DNA of 64,000 nt from Acidimicrobiales bacterium (GCA_041394285.1 JAWKIL010000003.1:186441-250440), one strand, 5' to 3'; numbered from the stretch's first letter, positions 27,996 to 36,963 are shown. Notes: generated from the sequence alone by a model not told the origin. Made by a program: numbers and translations.

Positions 27996-28042
27996 CCCGT
28001 GCACGGTAGTGAGCGGCGGCCCGCCGCTGCAGCTCGACCGGC

Positions 28043-28118
28043 CGACTGGCATGGATCGCGCTCGGTGTGGTTTGACGGCGACGACTGGCATGGATCGCGC
28101 TCGGTGCGGTTTTGACGG
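28043..28118. repeat. 39-bp direct repeat (2 copies) in a divergent promoter region
   Basis: CGACTGGCATGGATCGCGCTCGGTG(T/C)GGTTT(T)GACGG occurs at 28043 and 28082, between start 27995 (-) and start 28148 (+). Confidence 0.85.
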
Positions 28119-28147
28119 GGCCGACCGGCCTGGGCCACGGTCGCCGG

Positions 28148-29341
28148 ATGGAGCAGCTCCGCCAGTCCGTGGCCACAGGCGAGATCGCCGGTACCTACGA
28201 TCCCCGGTGGCGGCCCGTCGTCGACCGCTTCGCCGCCAACTTCGCCCAGCACGACGAGGTGGGCGCCTCGTGCTGCATCGTCCACGATGGCACCACCGTG
28301 GTCGACATCTGGGGCGGGGCGGCCGACCCCGAGACCGGCCGCCCGTGGGAGGCCGACACGATCTCGGTCGTCCACTCCTGCACCAAGGGGGCCACGGCCC
28401 TGTGCGCCCACGTGCTGGCGTCCCGGGGTGAGCTCGACATCGAGGCGCCGGTGGCCGAGTACTGGCCCGAGTTCGCCGCCAACGGCAAGGCCAAGGCCAC
28501 CGTGCGGATGATGCTCGACCACTCGGTGGGCGTGCCCGTGTTCCGGGACAAGGTGGAGCGGGGCGAGCTGTACGACTGGGACCGGGTGGTCGGCCGGCTG
28601 GAGGCGGAGGAGCCGCACTGGGAGCCGGGCACCCGCAACGGCTACCACATGCTGAACTTCGGCTGGACGGTGGGGGAGCTGGTGCGGCGGGTGTCGGGCC
28701 GGTCGCTCGGCACGTTCTTCGCCGAGGAGGTCTGCCGGCCCCGGGGCATCGACTTCTGGATCGGGCTCCCCGAGGCCGACGAGGCCCGGGTGGCGCCGAT
28801 GATCCCCTACGTGCGGTCCAAGGGGGAGGCGCTGTCGGCCCTCGCTCTCGACGTGGTGCAGGACCGCAACTCGATCCCGGGCCTGGCCATCGCCAACATC
28901 GCCCGCATGGAGATGAACGCAAGGGAGGCCCACGCCGCCGAAATCGGGGGCGGTGGTGGCATCACCAATGCCCGCGGCCTGGCCGGCATGTACACCCCGC
29001 TGGCCGCCGGCGGCGGCGATCTGGTCGATCGGCAGACGCTGGACCGGATGCGGGCGGTGTCGGTGGCCACCAACGACGACGCCGTGCTCCGCATCGCCAC
29101 CCGCTTCGCCCTCGGGTTCATGGTCACCATGGACAACCGGGCCAAGGCCGAGACCGACTCGGTGATCCTGGGCGACCGGGCCTTCGGCCACGTGGGCGCC
29201 GGCGGCAGCATCGGCTTCGCCGACATCGACCACGGCCTGGCCTTCGGCTACTCCATGAACCGCATGGGCCCCGGCATCCTGCTCAACGAACGGGGCCAGT
29301 GCCTCGTCGACGCCGCCTACGACGTCGTGCGCACCCTGTAG
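28148..29341 (+). CDS. beta-lactamase-related serine hydrolase (class C / esterase EstB-like)
   Basis: SxxK motif SCTKG and a family-typical N-terminal region. The start is probably ATG 28148 (MEQLRQ). Confidence 0.7.
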   Translation: MEQLRQSVATGEIAGTYDPRWRPVVDRFAANFAQHDEVGASCCIVHDGTTVVDIWGGAADPETGRPWEADTISVVHSCTKGATALCAHVLASRGELDIEAPVAEYWPEFAANGKAKATVRMMLDHSVGVPVFRDKVERGELYDWDRVVGRLEAEEPHWEPGTRNGYHMLNFGWTVGELVRRVSGRSLGTFFAEEVCRPRGIDFWIGLPEADEARVAPMIPYVRSKGEALSALALDVVQDRNSIPGLAIANIARMEMNAREAHAAEIGGGGGITNARGLAGMYTPLAAGGGDLVDRQTLDRMRAVSVATNDDAVLRIATRFALGFMVTMDNRAKAETDSVILGDRAFGHVGAGGSIGFADIDHGLAFGYSMNRMGPGILLNERGQCLVDAAYDVVRTL

Positions 29342-29356
29342 CCGGCGGCTGGGCGC

Positions 29357-30787
29357 TCAGCTCCCCATAGTGGGGGGTGGGGGAGTCAGGCCGAGCCCGG
29401 CCAGCTCCGAGGCCAGGTTCTGGAAGCCGAGGCGCCCGAGCACCACGCCGTCGGCCCCGACCACCAGGACGGTGGGCACCCCAGGAATGTCGAGGGGCGT
29501 GGCCACGCCGTCGCGGTGCCGGTTCTCCACCGGGGTCGTGTCGAACCGGATCCGGGGGTGGTGCCAGGCGTCGAGCTGGGGCCAGGCGTCGGTGCCGTCG
29601 GTCTGGAAAGGCACGGCGTAGACGTCGACCGTGTCGCCCAGCCCGTCGATGGCGGCGGTGGCCTCCGTGATCCCGGTCTGGCAGGGGGCGCACCAGCTGG
29701 CCCCGTAGACCAGGATTACCGGCCGGCCCTTCCCAAGGATCTCGATCGGCTGGCCCTGTTCGTCGAGCGTAGGTACGGAGAGCAGCGGCTCACCGGGATC
29801 GGCCAGGTAGCTGGGCGGTGCGTTGGCCTCGGTGTTCTCACCGCTCTCCTCGCCCAGCACCGTGCCGTCGGCGGCATAGGCCCGGATCGTGTAGGTCTCG
29901 CTCTGGTTCAGGACAGCGGGGAAAGCTGCCACCCCGCCTCGGGGGCGCACCCAGTAGCGCTGGTCGGCGTCGGCGTAGGACACCACCGCCACCTCCCTCG
30001 GCAGGCGGGAGACGTAGATCGGACCGTCGGGGAAGGAGCCGGCCACGCCCCGGCCGAACACCTCGGCCGTCCCGGTGGGTTGGGCGATGCCGTCGAGGGA
30101 GGTGGCGACCACGGGGGCCGCCGGGGTCTCGAACACGGCGGAGCCGTCTTCGAACCACGTCCAGCTGTAGCGCCAGACGTCGGCCTCGAGATCGGAGACC
30201 GACTCTCCGGCGGGGATCGGGCGGTCGACCACCGTGGTGAGCCACAGCTTGTCGTCGAGCCAGCCCGACGCGGTCACCTTGGGCACAGTGAGGGTCGCCG
30301 CTTCCGGGATCTCGGCCCGCATATCGGCGACCTCGGCCTGGAGCGCGTCGAGCCTGTCCGCCACGTCGGGATCGTCGAGCGAGGTGATCGGCTCGAACCG
30401 CAGCTCGGTGCCGAGCGGGGCCGTGTCGAACCCCGGCTCAGGCCCGAGTGGGGCCTGCACCACCAGCGGGTCGGCGCTGAGCATCGTCTCGCCCGGCAGC
30501 ACCAGGGTCGGTCCGGTGTGGACGATCTCGGTGTTGGATGGGCCAGCGCCGTCGCCGTCGCCGGTCCGCTCCATGGCCACCGCCCCGGCAGCCATCACCG
30601 CCACTGCGGCGGCCGTGGCGAGCAATGGGCGGACACCCCGGGGAGGCTGGCGCCGGACCCGGTCGGTGACGGGCGCATCGGGCCCGTGGGCCAGCAGCGA
30701 TCGGGCGGCAACCTCGTCCACCCCGGCGGCCTGGTCGGCGAACACCGCCCGGATCTGGTCTTCCAACTCCGCCGTGGATCGGTTCAT
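29357..30787 (-). CDS. sigma-coupled single-pass membrane protein with a C-terminal TlpA/ResA-like thioredoxin domain (putative anti-sigma factor)
   Basis: ATG 30787 overlaps the sigma gene stop by 4 nt (ATGA). TM segment LLATAAAVAVMAAGAVAM. C-terminal WCAPC and cis-Pro GVPT. Confidence 0.5.
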   Translation of the reverse strand: MNRSTAELEDQIRAVFADQAAGVDEVAARSLLAHGPDAPVTDRVRRQPPRGVRPLLATAAAVAVMAAGAVAMERTGDGDGAGPSNTEIVHTGPTLVLPGETMLSADPLVVQAPLGPEPGFDTAPLGTELRFEPITSLDDPDVADRLDALQAEVADMRAEIPEAATLTVPKVTASGWLDDKLWLTTVVDRPIPAGESVSDLEADVWRYSWTWFEDGSAVFETPAAPVVATSLDGIAQPTGTAEVFGRGVAGSFPDGPIYVSRLPREVAVVSYADADQRYWVRPRGGVAAFPAVLNQSETYTIRAYAADGTVLGEESGENTEANAPPSYLADPGEPLLSVPTLDEQGQPIEILGKGRPVILVYGASWCAPCQTGITEATAAIDGLGDTVDVYAVPFQTDGTDAWPQLDAWHHPRIRFDTTPVENRHRDGVATPLDIPGVPTVLVVGADGVVLGRLGFQNLASELAGLGLTPPPPTMGS

Positions 30788-31290
30788 CGCGGGATCTCCC
30801 GGGCGAGGCGGGCCAAGGCCCGCGAAGCGAGTGACTTGACGGTGCCGGGGCGGCACCCCAGCGCTTCGGCGATCTCGGCTTCGCTGAGGTCGGCCTGGTA
30901 GCGGAGGACGAGCACGGCCCGCTGGCGGAAGGGGAGTGCGGCCAGAGCGTCGGCCAGTTCGTCGGCGACGAAGTCGAACTGGTCGGCACCGGCCAGCAGC
31001 GGGAGCCTGGCCTGCTTGACCGTCTCGTGCCGGCGCCAGTTAGCGGCCCGGTTCACCAGCGCGCGCCGCAGGTAGGCCTCCGGCCGGTCGACCGATTCCC
31101 AGCGCCGGTACAAGCCGAGTAGCGCCTCCTGGGCGATCTCCTCGCCGGCTGCGGTGCTCTGGGTCAGAAACGACGCTAGCCGGAACGCCGGCAGCCAGGC
31201 ATCGGCGTAGAACCGCTCGAAGGACGGTAACCCGCCGGTTGCGTCGGCGTCGACCTCGACCCCCGGCATACGAGGCAGGCTGCGGTTCAT
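30784..31290 (-). CDS. ECF-type RNA polymerase sigma-70 family factor
   Basis: Region 2 (EIAQEALLGLYRRW) and region 4 HTH (LSEAEIAEALGCRPGTVKSLASRA). The start is uncertain (31290, 31268 or 31329). Confidence 0.8.
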   Translation of the reverse strand: MNRSLPRMPGVEVDADATGGLPSFERFYADAWLPAFRLASFLTQSTAAGEEIAQEALLGLYRRWESVDRPEAYLRRALVNRAANWRRHETVKQARLPLLAGADQFDFVADELADALAALPFRQRAVLVLRYQADLSEAEIAEALGCRPGTVKSLASRALARLAREIPR

Positions 31291-31347
31291 ACCTGATTCG
31301 ACACGCCTCGGTCCCCGTCGGTTCCCCACCGCGCTTCGATCATGGGC

Positions 31348-31446
31348 GGCGTGGAAATCGCGACACGGTGTCGAACTGCGTCGCGTTCCCTACGAATTCC
31401 GTAGATCTCGCGACGCAGTTCGCCGGTGTGTCGCGATTTCCACGCC
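31348..31446. repeat. 99-nt nested imperfect palindrome (19+14+5 bp arms)
   Basis: Outer arms: GGCGTGGAAATCGCGACAC (31348..31366) / GTGTCGCGATTTCCACGCC (31428..31446). Middle arms: CGAACTGCGTCGCG (31372..31385) / CGCGACGCAGTTCG (31409..31422). Inner arms: CTACG/CGTAG around AATTC. Confidence 0.9.
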
Positions 31447-31485
31447 ACGCCACGCCACGCCACGCCACGCCACGCCACGCCACGC
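31441..31485. repeat. (CACGC)9 pentanucleotide microsatellite
   Basis: Nine perfect CACGC units read directly from the sequence. The first unit is part of the right palindrome arm. Confidence 0.95.
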
Positions 31486-31501
31486 GCCGGGACAGGGCCG
31501 A

Positions 31502-32803
31502 TCAGGCGGCGGGATTGGCCATGGTGGGTGCGGGAGCGGTACCGGCGTTGTCGAACCGGGCCGCATCGCCGGCTTCGGTGTCGGCCACGACCTCGGGCTT
31601 GGCCAGCTCCCGCAGCACCCACAGGGCCACCAGCAGCGACGACACCCCGCCCACGGCGACCCCGGACCGGGCCCCGAACTGCTCGCCGATCCAGCCTACG
31701 ATCGGGCCGCCGATCGGGGTGCTACCGAGGAACACCACCGCCGTGAGCGACAGCACCCGGCCCCGCATCTGCGGTGCCGCCAGCAGCTGGATCACGGCGT
31801 TCGAGCCCGACAGCAGGAACACCATGGCGAACCCGGTGGGCACCACGGCGATGGCGGCCAGCGTGGGGTTGGGAGCGTAGGCCAGGCCCATCGTGAACAA
31901 CCCCAGCCAGATGGCCGCCTTGGCCAGGAAGGCGGCACGGATCTCGGTGCGCCGGGCCACGACCAGGGCGCCCAGCACCGACCCGACGCTCATCAGCGAG
32001 TAGAGCAGGGTGAACGTGCCCGAGCCTCCGCCCAGGGACCGTTCGGCCAGCAGCGGCAGCGACACCTGGTACTCGAAGGCCAGGGTGCCGATCACGGCCA
32101 GCAGGATGAAGGTGAGCCGCAGCTCCCGGTTGGCCCACGTGTAGCGCAGGCCCTCCACCAGCTGGCCCTTCTTGCGGGGCACCACCGGCGGCGAGCGCAG
32201 GGCCGAGCGGTCCATGAGCAGGAGGGCGGCCAGGATGGCCACGAACGTGATCGTGTTGACCAGGAACGCCCACTGGGGGCCGACGGTGGAGATCAGCACA
32301 CCGGCCACGGCCGGGCCCACCACCCGGCTGCCGGTCATCAGGGCGCTGTTGAGGCCGACGGCGTTGGCCACGTCGACCTGGTCCACCATCTCCACCACCA
32401 GCGCCCGGCGGGCCGGGTTGTCCATGGCCGTGATCACGCCGTACACGGCCGACAGGGTGTAGATCACCGGCAGGTTCATCCGGTCGGTGAAGGCCAACAC
32501 GGTGAAGGCGGCAGCCACGATCAGGAACCCGATCTGGGTGACGATCATCAGCTTGTGCCGGTCCACCCGGTCCGACACCACCCCGCCCCAGGCCCCCAGC
32601 ACGAGCACGGGGAAGAACTGGGCAGCGGTGGCCAGGCCCAGAGAGAAGCCGTTGTCGGTCAGCTTGTAGACGACCCAGATGATGGCGATCGACTGCATCC
32701 AGGTGCCGGCCTGGCTGACGAGCTGGCCGGCGAAGAACAGCCGGAAGTTGCGGGAGCGGAGGGAGCGGAAGGTCTGGTTGGCAAAAACGGCAACGGCGTT
32801 CAT
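31502..32803 (-). CDS. MFS transporter (EntS/MFS_3-like)
   Basis: 433 aa with 12 predicted hydrophobic segments and GVVSDRVDRHK. The start overlaps the MarR stop by 4 nt. Confidence 0.8.
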   Translation of the reverse strand: MNAVAVFANQTFRSLRSRNFRLFFAGQLVSQAGTWMQSIAIIWVVYKLTDNGFSLGLATAAQFFPVLVLGAWGGVVSDRVDRHKLMIVTQIGFLIVAAAFTVLAFTDRMNLPVIYTLSAVYGVITAMDNPARRALVVEMVDQVDVANAVGLNSALMTGSRVVGPAVAGVLISTVGPQWAFLVNTITFVAILAALLLMDRSALRSPPVVPRKKGQLVEGLRYTWANRELRLTFILLAVIGTLAFEYQVSLPLLAERSLGGGSGTFTLLYSLMSVGSVLGALVVARRTEIRAAFLAKAAIWLGLFTMGLAYAPNPTLAAIAVVPTGFAMVFLLSGSNAVIQLLAAPQMRGRVLSLTAVVFLGSTPIGGPIVGWIGEQFGARSGVAVGGVSSLLVALWVLRELAKPEVVADTEAGDAARFDNAGTAPAPTMANPAA

Positions 32804-33417
32804 GGGGCCGGTCTTCTCGTCGGTTCGGGCGCCCGGGGAAGCGGGGAGCGGGTGGGCGCAGGGTCGGTGTGGGGGGATGCGGCCGCGGCGTCGGGGCCGC
32901 TGGGGGGCTGAACGGCGGGGGCGACGGTGCCCTCCGGGTTGGCGATCGCCTCCAGCAGCTCGACGGCCCGGGCCAGGTCGGTCTGCTGGGCGTCGTCGAG
33001 GTGGGCCAGACGGTCCACCAGCCAGGCGGTGCGACGCGTACGGCTCTCGTCGAACTGGCGTTGGCCGTCGGCCGTGAGCGACACGAGCGTCACCCGCTTG
33101 TCGTCGGCGCCCCGCTGCCGCTCGATGAGGCCCTGCTCGTCGAGCCGGGCCAACAGCTTGGTGATCGTGGGTGGCGCCACCTGCTCCCGGCTGGCCAGCT
33201 CGCCCAGCGGGAGAGGCCCGTACAGGGCGATCGTGGCCAGGACCGACTGCAGTGTCGGCGAGAGCTGGGGACCCGCCTGCTGGCGCAACTGGCGGGCCAA
33301 TCGGGCCAGGGCCACCCGGAGCCGGGCAGCCAACTCGAGGTCGACGTCGGCCTCGGTGTCGACCGTCTGGCCGGCGACGTCGATCTCGGGGATGTCACTC
33401 ACGATGGCCACCATCAC
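32800..33417 (-). CDS. MarR-family transcriptional regulator
   Basis: Winged-HTH pattern LGELASREQVAPPTITKLLARLDEQGLIERQRGADDKRVTLVSLT. It has an Ala/Pro-rich C-terminal tail. Confidence 0.8.
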   Translation of the reverse strand: MMVAIVSDIPEIDVAGQTVDTEADVDLELAARLRVALARLARQLRQQAGPQLSPTLQSVLATIALYGPLPLGELASREQVAPPTITKLLARLDEQGLIERQRGADDKRVTLVSLTADGQRQFDESRTRRTAWLVDRLAHLDDAQQTDLARAVELLEAIANPEGTVAPAVQPPSGPDAAAASPHTDPAPTRSPLPRAPEPTRRPAP

Positions 33418-33549
33418 AGAATAGTTACCCTGGCGAACTAATCCACGGTCGTTCGGGTGTCATGGGGCACACGACCCAGCTGGACCCAACCGGACCGGGC
33501 CGCCGGCGGCCGCTGGAGCCGGTGAGAGGGGGCCCGGTAGCCTACGCCG

Positions 33550-35781
33550 ATGAACGATCCGACGACGGCCGACGCGCTGGAGCAGGCCCTTCTCGACGGG
33601 ATCGCCGCACTCGACGCCCCCGGCGACGACCGTGGCGACCCGACGGGGCTCACCAGCCTGCGGGCCCTGTTCCAGGCCCAGTGTCTCAGCCGCCACTGCG
33701 ATCTGGTGGCCCGCCGCCTGCGGGCCGAGGGGCGGGGCTACTACACGATCGGTTCGGCCGGCCACGAGTCGAACGCGGCGGTGGCGCTGGCCACCCGCCC
33801 CACCGACCCGGCCCTGCTCCACTACCGCTCCGGTGCGTTCTACATCGCCCGCTCCCAGGGTTCGGCCGCCTCCACCGACCCGGTGGACGACATCCTCACC
33901 GGCATGCTGGCCCTCACCGACGAGCCGATCGCCGGCGGGCGCCACAAGGTCTTCGGCCATCCCGACACCGGCGTCATCCCCCAGACGTCCACCATCGCCA
34001 GCCACCTGCCCCGGGCCATGGGCGTCGCCTTCGCCATCGGCCGGTCGGCCAAGGTGAACGAGCCGCTGTGGTGGCCGCCCGACGCCATCGCCGTGTGCTC
34101 CTTCGGCGACGCCTCGGCCAACCACTCCACTGCGCTGGGTGCCATCAACGCCGCCTCGCACCTCTCCTACCAGGGCCTGCCCGTGCCCCTGCTGCTGGTG
34201 TGCGAAGACAACGGCATCGGCATCAGCGTGCGGACGCCCAAGGGCTGGATCGAGGCGTCGTACGCCAACCGGCCGGGTCTGCGCTACGTGGCCGCCGACG
34301 GCGACGACCCGGTGGCCCTGCTCGCCGCCTGCCGGGATCTGGTGGACTGGATCCGCCGGTTCCGGCGCCCGGCGTTCCTCCATCTGCGAACCGTCCGGTT
34401 CCTGGCCCACGCCGGCACCGACGTGGAGCTCGGGTACCGGTCTTCTGAGGAGATCCGGGCCGGGTTCGGGCGGGATCCCCTGCTGGGCACGGCCCGGGCC
34501 CTGGTGGCGGGGGGCATGACCCCCGACGACGTGATCGGGGAGTACCGCCGCCTCGGGTCCTACGTCTCGTCCCGGGCCAGCGTGCACACCCGGCGGGGCC
34601 GGGAGCTGGCCACCGCCGAGGAGGTGATGGCACCGCTCGCACCGCGCCCGGAGCCGCCGGTGGAGTCGGCTCCGCCGGAGCCGATCCCCACCGGCAAGGT
34701 GGACGGCGGCTCGACCCTGGCCCAAGCCATCAACTCGGCCCTGGGGGACCTGCTCGAGGCCGAGCCCGGCGCCCTGCTGTTCGGCGAGGACGTGGCGGTG
34801 AAAGGCGGCGTCTACGGGGTCACCAAGGGCCTGCGGGCCCGGTTCGGGGCGGCCCGGGTGTTCGACTCGATCCTCGACGAGCAGTCGATCCTGGGGGTGG
34901 CCCTGGGGGCGGCGGTGAGCGGGCTCCTGCCGGTGGCCGAGATCCAGTACCTGGCCTACCTCCACAACGCCGAGGACCAGCTGCGGGGTGAGGCCGCCAG
35001 CTTGCAGTTCTTCTCCCAGGGGGCCTACCGCAACGGGATGATCGTGCGGATCGCCGGCTACGGCTACCAGAAGGGGTTCGGGGGCCACTTCCACAACGAC
35101 GACTCGATCGCCGTGCTGCGCGACATCCCCGGCATCGTGATCGCGTCACCGGCCCGCCCGGCCGACGCCGCCGCCATGCTCCATTCGCTGGCCGAGAGCG
35201 CGCTGGTCGACGGCACGGTCGGTGTCTTCCTCGAGCCGATCGCCCTCTACCACACGACCGACCTCCACACCGGGGGCGATGGGGCGTGGCTGGAGGCCGT
35301 CGGCCCCCAGTCGCTGGGGGAGGGGGCCGAGGCGGCGCCGATCGGGTCCATCCGCAGCTACGGCCCCGACGATGCCGACGTCACGATCGTCACCTGGGGC
35401 AACGGCCTGTGGATGTCGCTGCGGGTGGCGGCCCGGCTGGCGGCTGCGGGCACCGAGGACGCCGACGGCCCGCACGACGGGCCGATCCGGTGCCGGGTGA
35501 TCGACCTGCGCTGGCTGGCCCCCCTGCCGATCGATGCCGTGCTGGCCACGAACCCGGAGCGGGTGCTGGTGGTCGACGAGACCCGCCGCAGCGGCGGGGT
35601 CAGCGAAGGCGTGCTGGCCGGCCTGGTGGACCGGGGCTACGACCGGCCCATGGCTCGGGCGGCATCCAAGGATTCGTTCGTTCCCCTGGGCGACGCCGCC
35701 CGCCTCGTGCTGGTCAGCGAGACCGAGATCACCGAGGCCGTGCGCTCTCTGGCCGCCCGCCCCGTGCCTGGCTCGGGCTGA
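33550..35781 (+). CDS. TPP-dependent 2-oxoacid dehydrogenase E1 component, fused alpha+beta
   Basis: 743 aa. The N-terminal half is E1-alpha-like (GDASANHS, LLLVCEDNGIGIS). The C-terminal half is E1-beta-like (FGEDV...GGVYGVTKGL, DSILDEQSILG). Confidence 0.7.
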   Translation: MNDPTTADALEQALLDGIAALDAPGDDRGDPTGLTSLRALFQAQCLSRHCDLVARRLRAEGRGYYTIGSAGHESNAAVALATRPTDPALLHYRSGAFYIARSQGSAASTDPVDDILTGMLALTDEPIAGGRHKVFGHPDTGVIPQTSTIASHLPRAMGVAFAIGRSAKVNEPLWWPPDAIAVCSFGDASANHSTALGAINAASHLSYQGLPVPLLLVCEDNGIGISVRTPKGWIEASYANRPGLRYVAADGDDPVALLAACRDLVDWIRRFRRPAFLHLRTVRFLAHAGTDVELGYRSSEEIRAGFGRDPLLGTARALVAGGMTPDDVIGEYRRLGSYVSSRASVHTRRGRELATAEEVMAPLAPRPEPPVESAPPEPIPTGKVDGGSTLAQAINSALGDLLEAEPGALLFGEDVAVKGGVYGVTKGLRARFGAARVFDSILDEQSILGVALGAAVSGLLPVAEIQYLAYLHNAEDQLRGEAASLQFFSQGAYRNGMIVRIAGYGYQKGFGGHFHNDDSIAVLRDIPGIVIASPARPADAAAMLHSLAESALVDGTVGVFLEPIALYHTTDLHTGGDGAWLEAVGPQSLGEGAEAAPIGSIRSYGPDDADVTIVTWGNGLWMSLRVAARLAAAGTEDADGPHDGPIRCRVIDLRWLAPLPIDAVLATNPERVLVVDETRRSGGVSEGVLAGLVDRGYDRPMARAASKDSFVPLGDAARLVLVSETEITEAVRSLAARPVPGSG

Positions 35782-35820
35782 CCCGAACGGCCCTCCGCCC
35801 ACTCCGTTCTGCCCACCCCG

Positions 35821-35921
35821 CTCTGCGTCACGAGAAACGCGTTCCGCCGCCCAACTGCGTCACGTTCTCTGCGGGATCCGGGGTTTTCGCGCCCTCGGTT
35901 GGTGCGGGTGCCGCGATTTCC
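35821..35921. repeat. copy of the dispersed intergenic element (CTGCGTC[A/G]CG ... TTTCGCGCC ... CGCGATTTCC)
   Basis: AACTGCGTCACGTT (35853) and GTGCCGCGATTTCC (to 35921) are 69 nt apart, against 68 nt for the same words at 31374..31441. It lies between convergent stops 35781 and 35962. Confidence 0.6.
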
Positions 35922-35961
35922 CTGACGGAGAACGGGGTTGGGTCGAGGTCGGGCCGGCTGA

Positions 35962-36963
35962 TCAGACGGTGGTCGGCGCTCGGAAGGTGCGACGGTAAGC
36001 CTGGGGGGAGGTGCGCAGGGCCTGCTGGAATCGGAGTCGCAGGGCGGCGGCGGTGGCGAAGCCGGCCCGCCGGGCCACCAGCTCCACGGGGTCGTCGGTC
36101 GTCTCCAGCAGCCGTTGGGCCAGCGCGGTGCGCTGGGTCAGCAGCCACTGGTGGGGGCTGGTGCCGGTGCGGGCCTTGAACTGGCGGGAGAACTGGCGGG
36201 GGCTGAGCAGGGCGTGGGCGGCCAGGCGCTCCACCGGCAGGTCTTCGTGGAGGCGGGCCGACGCCCACTCGATGGTGGCGGCAACGGGATCGTCGGCGCC
36301 GCCCGGGCTCCTGGCATCCATCGGCAGGGCCACGAACTGGGCCTGGCCGCCGTCGCGGTGGGGCGGCACCACCATGTCCCGGGCCACGGTGTTGGCGGCT
36401 TCGGCCCCGAAGTCGCGTCGGATCAGGTGGAGCGACAGGTCGATGGAGGCGGCGGCGCCGGCGGAGGTGAGCACGTCGCCGTCGTCGACGTAGAGCACAC
36501 CCGGGTCGAGGTGGACCGCCGGGTAGCGGTGGGCGAACTCCGCCCCGGCCCCCCAGTGCGTGGTGGCGGGTCGGCCGTCGAGCAGGCCGGCGTCGGCCGC
36601 CACCACCGCCCCCGTGCAGAACGTGACGATGCGGGCGCCGCGCTGATGGGCCCGGGCCACGGCGTCCACCAGCTCGCCCGACGGGCGCCGCTCGATCGAG
36701 CACCAGCCGGGGATGAGCACCGTGTCGGCCCGGCGGAGGGCGTCGAGCCCGTTGTGCACGGTCATGGCGGCGCCCCCGATCCGCACCGGTTCGGCGCCGG
36801 GTGAGCAGACGGTGTAGCGGTACCAGGCCGGGTGCAGCGAGCGGCGATCGGCGCCCAGGAAGTCGTAGGCCACGGCCGGCTCCAGCGCGCTCATGCCATC
36901 CACCAGGACAGCCACGATCCGGTGCCGGGCGGGCGCCGAACGGGCAGGAGGAGGAGGCGGCAT
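35962..36963 (-). CDS. GlxA-family transcriptional regulator (DJ-1/PfpI domain + AraC HTH)
   Basis: The DJ-1-like N-terminus has FCTGA, and the C-terminus has AraC HTH repeats (LSPRQFSRQFKARTGTSPHQW). The start is probably ATG 36963. Confidence 0.75.
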   Translation of the reverse strand: MPPPPPARSAPARHRIVAVLVDGMSALEPAVAYDFLGADRRSLHPAWYRYTVCSPGAEPVRIGGAAMTVHNGLDALRRADTVLIPGWCSIERRPSGELVDAVARAHQRGARIVTFCTGAVVAADAGLLDGRPATTHWGAGAEFAHRYPAVHLDPGVLYVDDGDVLTSAGAAASIDLSLHLIRRDFGAEAANTVARDMVVPPHRDGGQAQFVALPMDARSPGGADDPVAATIEWASARLHEDLPVERLAAHALLSPRQFSRQFKARTGTSPHQWLLTQRTALAQRLLETTDDPVELVARRAGFATAAALRLRFQQALRTSPQAYRRTFRAPTTV

